DNA of 64,000 nucleotides from Escherichia phage ALITA: sequence record PP359570; one strand, 5' to 3'. Shown piece by piece: positions 58,999 to 64,000 of this stretch (position 1 is its first letter; each line of letters starts with the position of its first letter). The notes under the pieces were generated by a model. It saw only the letters and a program-made list of their open reading frames with translations, ran no database searches and was not told where the DNA came from. The position numbers and the translations under genes were made by a program.

Positions 58999-59319
58999 TT
59001 AATCCTTAAGACGTTCATTTAAATCTGCAATAACATCATTTAAATCTTCACATTCCAGTGTTAACTCTGAAACTTGTTCATTCAAACAAGAAACTTCTTC
59101 ATTTAGATCTGAAATAATGTTTTCTAATGAATCTACTTGATCATCATATGAACGTTTTGTTTCTTCAAGGTCTTCCATAAGACTATCAATCAAATGTAGC
59201 AAAGATAAGATATAGCCGTCTCCTGTTGCGTTCCTCCACTCACTTCCGTAGCGATAAATAATAATTTCACCATCATCGACTACTGTAAAATACTTACCTT
59301 TACCAGAATAAATTTCCAT
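58999..59319 (-). CDS. hypothetical coiled-coil protein
   Basis: 106-aa ORF with heptad-like LNEEVSCLNEQVSELTLECEDLNDVIADLNERL. Confidence 0.6.
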   Translation of the reverse strand: MEIYSGKGKYFTVVDDGEIIIYRYGSEWRNATGDGYILSLLHLIDSLMEDLEETKRSYDDQVDSLENIISDLNEEVSCLNEQVSELTLECEDLNDVIADLNERLKD

Positions 59320-59328
59320 AAACTCTCC

Positions 59329-59733
59329 TTATTGTAGCTTAAGTGAACTGCGAAGACGTTCCTCTTGCTGATCACGAATATGTTGTGGAACCTCATGAAT
59401 TGAATCGTTACCGTGCCTATTCTCCACAACTAAAGAAATAACTTGATAACCAAACTCTTCAGCAAGAGTTAAATAAGGTTTAAGTTCTTTTTCTGTAGTA
59501 GAGGTATTAGAAACAATAATCTTTTCAACACCATACTGCATATATTTTTGTACTTTGACACGACACCATTGGTGTGCTTTATGGATATTCTCTTGTTTCC
59601 ACTCATACACACCATCTTCAGTGTAGTGGTATTGATCTGCCTCACAAATAGGCCAATGATTTTCAGAGATAATTTCTGCTACTGTAGATTTACCTGCACC
59701 TGAAACACCACGTAAAATGATAAGTTGTTTCAT
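59329..59733 (-). CDS. P-loop kinase, T4 Pnk kinase-domain-like
   Basis: LRGVSGAGKST Walker A; IIVSNTSTT...EFGYQV parallels T4 Pnk VIISDTNL...EYGWKV. Confidence 0.6.
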   Translation of the reverse strand: MKQLIILRGVSGAGKSTVAEIISENHWPICEADQYHYTEDGVYEWKQENIHKAHQWCRVKVQKYMQYGVEKIIVSNTSTTEKELKPYLTLAEEFGYQVISLVVENRHGNDSIHEVPQHIRDQQEERLRSSLKLQ

Positions 59734-60666
59734 TTAGCCTCCAAAGAAGTTTTCTATTTCTTTACGTCGCTCTTGTGGATCGAGAGCAGCCCATTGAGCC
59801 TTCGTAAATTTATTTCGAAGCCATTCTAGCAAAGTATAATATTCTTCGTCAACAATTTGTTTAGCATTGTTTGGGTTGTCCCAAATCATATCCCACTTCT
59901 TATTGCCACCACGCATAAGGAATTTCTTAGCAAGATAGTATGGTGACTTAATCTTTAAGAGTAAGTTAAACGGATAGTTTGTTTCACGAACAACAAAGCC
60001 TTCGTGTCTACAATGTTTAGACATTTCAACAACATCTGAAAATTTAATCATTGGATAAACTTCAGGACGTTTAAATTTTGTAATAGATGCAATCCCATCA
60101 AGAACACCTTCAGGTAACATGAAACTTGTCCCATCAAGATTTTGAATTCTTGCTCCAATTAAGTATGCGCCTGGTTCTTCTTCGACAATATGTGGATCAG
60201 AAGGATCACAGATTTCAAAAAGGAAAGTTGCTTTTGCACTTTCTGTCCACTTAATGAAATACTCTATGTCATCACACTCGGAAACAATACGGTTCTTGGC
60301 AATAGTTGCAAAGTCTGATTCTAGGCTTCCTGTTGTTGATACAACAAGTTTCCCTTTGTACACACCTACAGATGCCATAAAACCGTTTACTTTACGGACA
60401 GCATCTACAAATTCATCTCTTGGAAGATCTGTACCATTCTCAAAACGATTAAAGATTTTAGTAAAAGGCCAAATAACAATATTATCTTCTGAGTCAACAA
60501 CCAACCCACGACAATCTAAAAGTCGTTTGTCAACGTTCCACAAGTTATCCCAGAATACATTGTTTTTGTATTTAAGTACAGCAAGACCAGCATACTCTCC
60601 AGATTTAACTTCTTTTTTATGCACTAAACCTTTTGCAATCAGGTCATCACAATTGAACTTAGCCAC
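59734..60666 (-). CDS. RNA ligase (T4 Rnl1-like)
   Basis: DCRGLVV, TKIFNRFENG, motif I KVNGFM and STTGSLES parallel T4 RnlA ECRGIMF, EKFFNLNEN, KEDGSL, KSKGSIKS. Confidence 0.7.
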   Translation of the reverse strand: MAKFNCDDLIAKGLVHKKEVKSGEYAGLAVLKYKNNVFWDNLWNVDKRLLDCRGLVVDSEDNIVIWPFTKIFNRFENGTDLPRDEFVDAVRKVNGFMASVGVYKGKLVVSTTGSLESDFATIAKNRIVSECDDIEYFIKWTESAKATFLFEICDPSDPHIVEEEPGAYLIGARIQNLDGTSFMLPEGVLDGIASITKFKRPEVYPMIKFSDVVEMSKHCRHEGFVVRETNYPFNLLLKIKSPYYLAKKFLMRGGNKKWDMIWDNPNNAKQIVDEEYYTLLEWLRNKFTKAQWAALDPQERRKEIENFFGG

Positions 60667-60667
60667 C

Positions 60668-61219
60668 TTAATCTCCTTTGATTATCTTATGATGATCTAC
60701 AACAATAATATCACGCTTATCCATAATAGAGATGATTTCGTCAAAATGCAAGATTTTCCCGTGTGCATCCCAACCAACATCCAACATTTTCCCATACAAA
60801 TGATCAGGGAATGATCCGTGAGAGTGTCCGTGTAGCATGATTGATCCATGCCCTTGTTTATTCCAGGCAGCCATAGGGTAATGACTTAAGACGAAGAACA
60901 GCTTCTGATATTTCACTTCGTCATAATACACAACTTCTCCATACTCTGCAAGCACTTTTCTGTGTTTACTGTAATCATGGTTCCCAACACAGTAAGTAAT
61001 ATCCCCTTGGAGACGGGAAGCAATCTTACGGGTATCTTCTTCAGTCCCGAAACAGAAGTCCCCAAGATGGTACATCTTTACTCCTGGTGTTGTGGCACAT
61101 TTATTCCATGCTTCGATCAGTGCTTCTGTCATATGCTCCATATCTTCCCACGGGCGATATTCAGGAGCAAACTCTCGGATACGTTTGTGCATAAAATGCA
61201 AATCACTTGTAATAAACAT
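60668..61219 (-). CDS. calcineurin-like metallophosphoesterase
   Basis: SDLHFMH, GDFCFG, GNHD, HGHSHG motifs. Confidence 0.8.
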   Translation of the reverse strand: MFITSDLHFMHKRIREFAPEYRPWEDMEHMTEALIEAWNKCATTPGVKMYHLGDFCFGTEEDTRKIASRLQGDITYCVGNHDYSKHRKVLAEYGEVVYYDEVKYQKLFFVLSHYPMAAWNKQGHGSIMLHGHSHGSFPDHLYGKMLDVGWDAHGKILHFDEIISIMDKRDIIVVDHHKIIKGD

Positions 61220-61581
61220 TAGTATAATCCCTCGCTGAATAGTTCACTGTTGTGACCATTTCTTTCGTAGTTAATTTGTTTGGCGTTATCTGCAATGACA
61301 TAAGCATCTTTGCGACTCCACCAGTTATAATACTGATCAATAAACCCTTGATTATCAGGTAAGCAAAACAGTTTATCGATCAATCCTGCATCTTTTAAAA
61401 CATTAAGTTGTGCAGATAGTACAGGATTTGCATGCCTAACACAAGGAATAATTAACTCTTCACCATTGTTAAGAATATACTTGTTCGCAGCGCAGACTAT
61501 AACACGTTGAGCATAGTGATCCTCACCAATCCAAGTAAGAGGTTGGTAACAAATATCATGTTGATTAGTAGCGCACATCAA
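61219..61581 (-). CDS. hypothetical protein
   Basis: 120-aa ORF; ATG 61578 is likely the true start. Confidence 0.6.
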   Translation of the reverse strand: MMCATNQHDICYQPLTWIGEDHYAQRVIVCAANKYILNNGEELIIPCVRHANPVLSAQLNVLKDAGLIDKLFCLPDNQGFIDQYYNWWSRKDAYVIADNAKQINYERNGHNSELFSEGLY

Positions 61582-61727
61582 TTTTCTCCATACTCTTTTA
61601 GTCTATCAGCGAAAAAACTGTAATCAGGAAGTAAAAGATCATTACTCGTATCGCTCCAATTTTCTTCCTCTCTATAGATAAAATGCCCTTCATCCTCTTC
61701 TTGCTCTGACCAGACTGAGTAATGCAT
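61578..61727 (-). CDS. 49-aa acidic protein (hand-called)
   Basis: Fills the 61582-61736 gap; stop overlaps the next start. Confidence 0.35.
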   Translation of the reverse strand: MHYSVWSEQEEDEGHFIYREEENWSDTSNDLLLPDYSFFADRLKEYGEN

Positions 61728-61736
61728 AATACCTAC

Positions 61737-62273
61737 TTAATAGTTAACACGTTTAATTTCAACACCATAGGATGCAATAAAATTTTCCTTAGCTAACATA
61801 TATTTACCAGCAGCAGAAGGATTTGATGTATGAACATAGATAGTTTTAAGAGCATCCCATTCACCAGCGTACAACATACATTCTACATCTAAGAACGCAT
61901 GATAGCCTTCTTGATCTTCCCCAAGATCATTATCGAAGTGTATTTCTGAGATATTATTGAAATTATCTTCATCTGAAACAAAAGATGACCAATCCCCAAA
62001 AGATTTTAACCAAATGGCATCCTCATAACCATAATCTTTAGGATCTCTTAAATCGTCTAACCAAAGAATTTTAGCCACTATCAACCCCCCTTCCTGTTTC
62101 TCTTCTTTCCAAGTTTTACCTTTATCTACCAATTGCTTAGAAACAGCAAATCTTTCTCCATTGACATAAAACAGATAAAGAATAAAGGATTTTCCTATAG
62201 TTACAGTATCTACTACTTCTACACGCTTTACACCTTGCATGTATTTGGCTTTACCTGAATAAATAAGGAACAT
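61737..62273 (-). CDS. hypothetical protein; C-terminal half resembles receiver-like domain seen in RNA-repair loci (tentative)
   Basis: ILWLDDLRDP...HFDNDLGE...VHTSNP pattern (recalled, unverified). Confidence 0.55.
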   Translation of the reverse strand: MFLIYSGKAKYMQGVKRVEVVDTVTIGKSFILYLFYVNGERFAVSKQLVDKGKTWKEEKQEGGLIVAKILWLDDLRDPKDYGYEDAIWLKSFGDWSSFVSDEDNFNNISEIHFDNDLGEDQEGYHAFLDVECMLYAGEWDALKTIYVHTSNPSAAGKYMLAKENFIASYGVEIKRVNY

Positions 62274-62551
62274 TATTTATTCCTTTTGTTGTTGATCACA
62301 TCTAAAGCTGTGTAAGGTTTGTTTGTACCGCTGTATTCAAGAATAATTGGTGCATGTTCATAGACAAACTCAAAAGTACCATACACAGAATCTGCAACTG
62401 AAATAAGCATTTCAGTGCCTTCATCGTTCTTAATTAATGAAAACCTTGCCCCTGGTTTATTGAGCACTTCATATTTCTTACCTGCTGTCAGCAAACCTGA
62501 ATACCATTCATTTTGCACAACAGACAAACACTTCAGGTAGGTTTTTCTCAT
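62273..62551 (-). CDS. hypothetical protein
   Basis: 92-aa ORF. Confidence 0.6.
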   Translation of the reverse strand: MRKTYLKCLSVVQNEWYSGLLTAGKKYEVLNKPGARFSLIKNDEGTEMLISVADSVYGTFEFVYEHAPIILEYSGTNKPYTALDVINNKRNK

Positions 62552-62883
62552 TTCTTTTTGCTCCTTCTTTTAGGCTTCTCGTATAAACCTAACACAGCAG
62601 ACTCTTTTGCACAGATAGGAACTGACTTCATTCCTCGTTTTTTAGCTTCTGGTAGATTCAAAACCCACCAGCCAAACCAATACAATTCATCTTCTGTGAA
62701 AGGATCTGCCATAGGATCTGCATCACGTTCTTCAAATCTAGCAAGAGCTTCTTCTATCTTCTCTATTGGAGTATCAAAGACAAAAGCCTCTGTATCAAAT
62801 TTTTGTTTCTTAGGAGCGGCTTTTGCCGCCCCATCTTTAGATGCGTGCTTTGTTACGGATCGCTTCTTCGGTGTTTTCGCCAT
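62548..62883 (-). CDS. hypothetical lysine-rich protein
   Basis: GGAGG RBS before MAKTPKKRS. Confidence 0.6.
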   Translation of the reverse strand: MAKTPKKRSVTKHASKDGAAKAAPKKQKFDTEAFVFDTPIEKIEEALARFEERDADPMADPFTEDELYWFGWWVLNLPEAKKRGMKSVPICAKESAVLGLYEKPKRRSKKK

Positions 62884-63076
62884 CAACAACCTCCATACGG
62901 TGTAAGAAATCTTGCTGGAATCGCCAATACTGTTGACCAGTCCTTACATCTTCGTAGATCACAACAGGATCAAATACTTTAGATACACCCGCTGGTTTAG
63001 GAAAGCCAACTACACGATATAAACCACCTTTACTAATACAAGAATATGTTACATCAGTTAAAATTTCTTTTTTCAT
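62837..63076 (-). CDS. hypothetical protein
   Basis: 79-aa ORF; 47-nt out-of-frame overlap with the next gene. Confidence 0.6.
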   Translation of the reverse strand: MKKEILTDVTYSCISKGGLYRVVGFPKPAGVSKVFDPVVIYEDVRTGQQYWRFQQDFLHRMEVVDGENTEEAIRNKARI

Positions 63077-63270
63077 TTTTTAATAAACTCCAAAACAGGT
63101 ACGTGATCAGCAGTCAAAGTTACACAATTGTAACTTACCTTTTCAACTTCAGAGAATGCTTCAACCCAAAGCAAGAAATTCTCTTTAGCTTCTTCATAAT
63201 TCAATGTTGACTTAACAACATGGAACTCACCAAGAATTACTCTATAGATTGTTTGCATAGTTTGATTCAT
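63073..63270 (-). CDS. hypothetical protein
   Basis: 65-aa ORF, ATGA overlap. Confidence 0.6.
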   Translation of the reverse strand: MNQTMQTIYRVILGEFHVVKSTLNYEEAKENFLLWVEAFSEVEKVSYNCVTLTADHVPVLEFIKK

Positions 63271-63336
63271 TTATTTTTCCTTTGTTTAAAATGTGTTAAA
63301 CAATCGCAAATGCTCGTGACGCACTTTGTGATCCCA

Positions 63337-63705
63337 CTAATTAACGTCAGCACTATGATTGTTGAGAGTATAGGATACTCCATCGCCCAAGTCAACATGA
63401 ATCTCAACTCCTAACTGTCTTTCTAATGGTAAACGTTTTGAGAATTGATAATTACAAAGTTTGCAATCTAAGTCAAGCAACTCATGTTTGCTTAAACCTG
63501 GGATGATAACTTTGCTTCCCACTGTCCACTCAATACCTTCAAAGTTATCTCTTCTTTTCAAAATGTCAAGTAAGAAGATGATTTGTTGCCATTCCGTAGA
63601 CAAGTCTTCTTCATAGAACGCAGAACAAAAAGTTTTATCATCGTAGAAAGCATACATTATGCCTCCATCTACTGTTTCACTTCTAACGTAACGTGTGACC
63701 CTCAT
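63337..63705 (-). CDS. hypothetical protein (first gene of the minus block)
   Basis: 122-aa ORF with AGGAGGGAAT RBS. Confidence 0.65.
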   Translation of the reverse strand: MRVTRYVRSETVDGGIMYAFYDDKTFCSAFYEEDLSTEWQQIIFLLDILKRRDNFEGIEWTVGSKVIIPGLSKHELLDLDCKLCNYQFSKRLPLERQLGVEIHVDLGDGVSYTLNNHSADVN

Positions 63706-63836
63706 TATTCCCTCCTGTATAGCTCTGTAACGAGCTAATGGCCTTTAAGATATGCAATCACCTTACCTCACAGTAAAACTCGTTACAATCGTTTTTAGGA
63801 GGTTTAGGTTGTACTTAAAAATAATCTAAAAAGGTG

Positions 63837-63865
63837 TTGACAAACGCAAAAAAGTATGCTACCCT
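63837..63865 (+). promoter_or_regulatory. sigma70-like promoter TTGACA-N17-TACCCT, divergent from the minus block
   Basis: Perfect -35, moderate -10; followed by an ACCCCC...GGGGGT hairpin. Confidence 0.4.
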
Positions 63866-64000
63866 AACCCCCGAAAAACGCCGAGCGCAGCGAGGGGGTG
63901 TTATCTAATCTTGTGATACATGATCTAACAGACAACTGAGTAGTCTACATATAGCACTATGTTATGTCTATAATACTAACATACATACTCTATACTAACA

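Noticed and set aside
60254-60814. 186-aa + strand ORF
   Set aside because: It is entirely antisense to the well-supported RNA ligase and phosphoesterase genes. It has no RBS, and its Ser/Thr/Leu-rich composition is typical of shadow ORFs.
62513-62905. 130-aa + strand ORF
   Set aside because: It is a shadow of 62548..62883 on the opposite strand, in a block where every supported gene is on the minus strand.

Overview
This window is a 64-kb slice of a large, AT-rich, apparently virulent dsDNA phage genome. The evidence for that is a T4-type lysozyme, class Ia RNR, ThyX, thymidine kinase, DNA and RNA ligases, T4-type RNase H, PhoH and RdgC. TTGACA/TATAAT promoters and enterobacterial-style signals suggest a gamma-proteobacterial host, but that is inference.

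Layout:
(i) 1-4.9 kb, + strand: small genes, an AAA+ ATPase, a multi-Zn-ribbon/T5orf172 protein and a NADAR protein.
(ii) 4.9-5.45 kb: ORF-free, with three ~70-bp iterons and five Fur-box-like 13-mers.
(iii) 5.45-16.0 kb: an island of about 35 mini-genes that looks richer in G+C by eye. Almost every gene there has its own copy of a promoter / GC-hairpin / purine-leader cassette.
(iv) 16.0-17.64 kb: 1.65 kb with no ORF, more Fur-box-like 13-mers and a nest of perfect palindromes.
(v) 17.7-28.2 kb, + strand: about 40 small early-type genes. They include three paralog families, and one family member is split at an A10 run.
(vi) 28.3-63.7 kb, - strand: about 75 tightly packed genes. They include Sir2, C5 and N6 methyltransferases, a SLOG/DprA-like protein, a lambda-type phosphatase, a serine recombinase, an HslV-like peptidase, a complete rmlBACD dTDP-rhamnose operon, nrdAB, thyX, tdk, an exonuclease, rnh, a ligase and an RNA-repair set.

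I recognised no rRNA, tRNA, CRISPR array or transposase. The strongest candidate for something new is the cassette-organised mini-gene island together with its operator-like flanks.

Nothing was computed. Small ORFs, hairpins and promoters were called by hand and may be off by a few nt. All family assignments come from motif recognition, not database searches.
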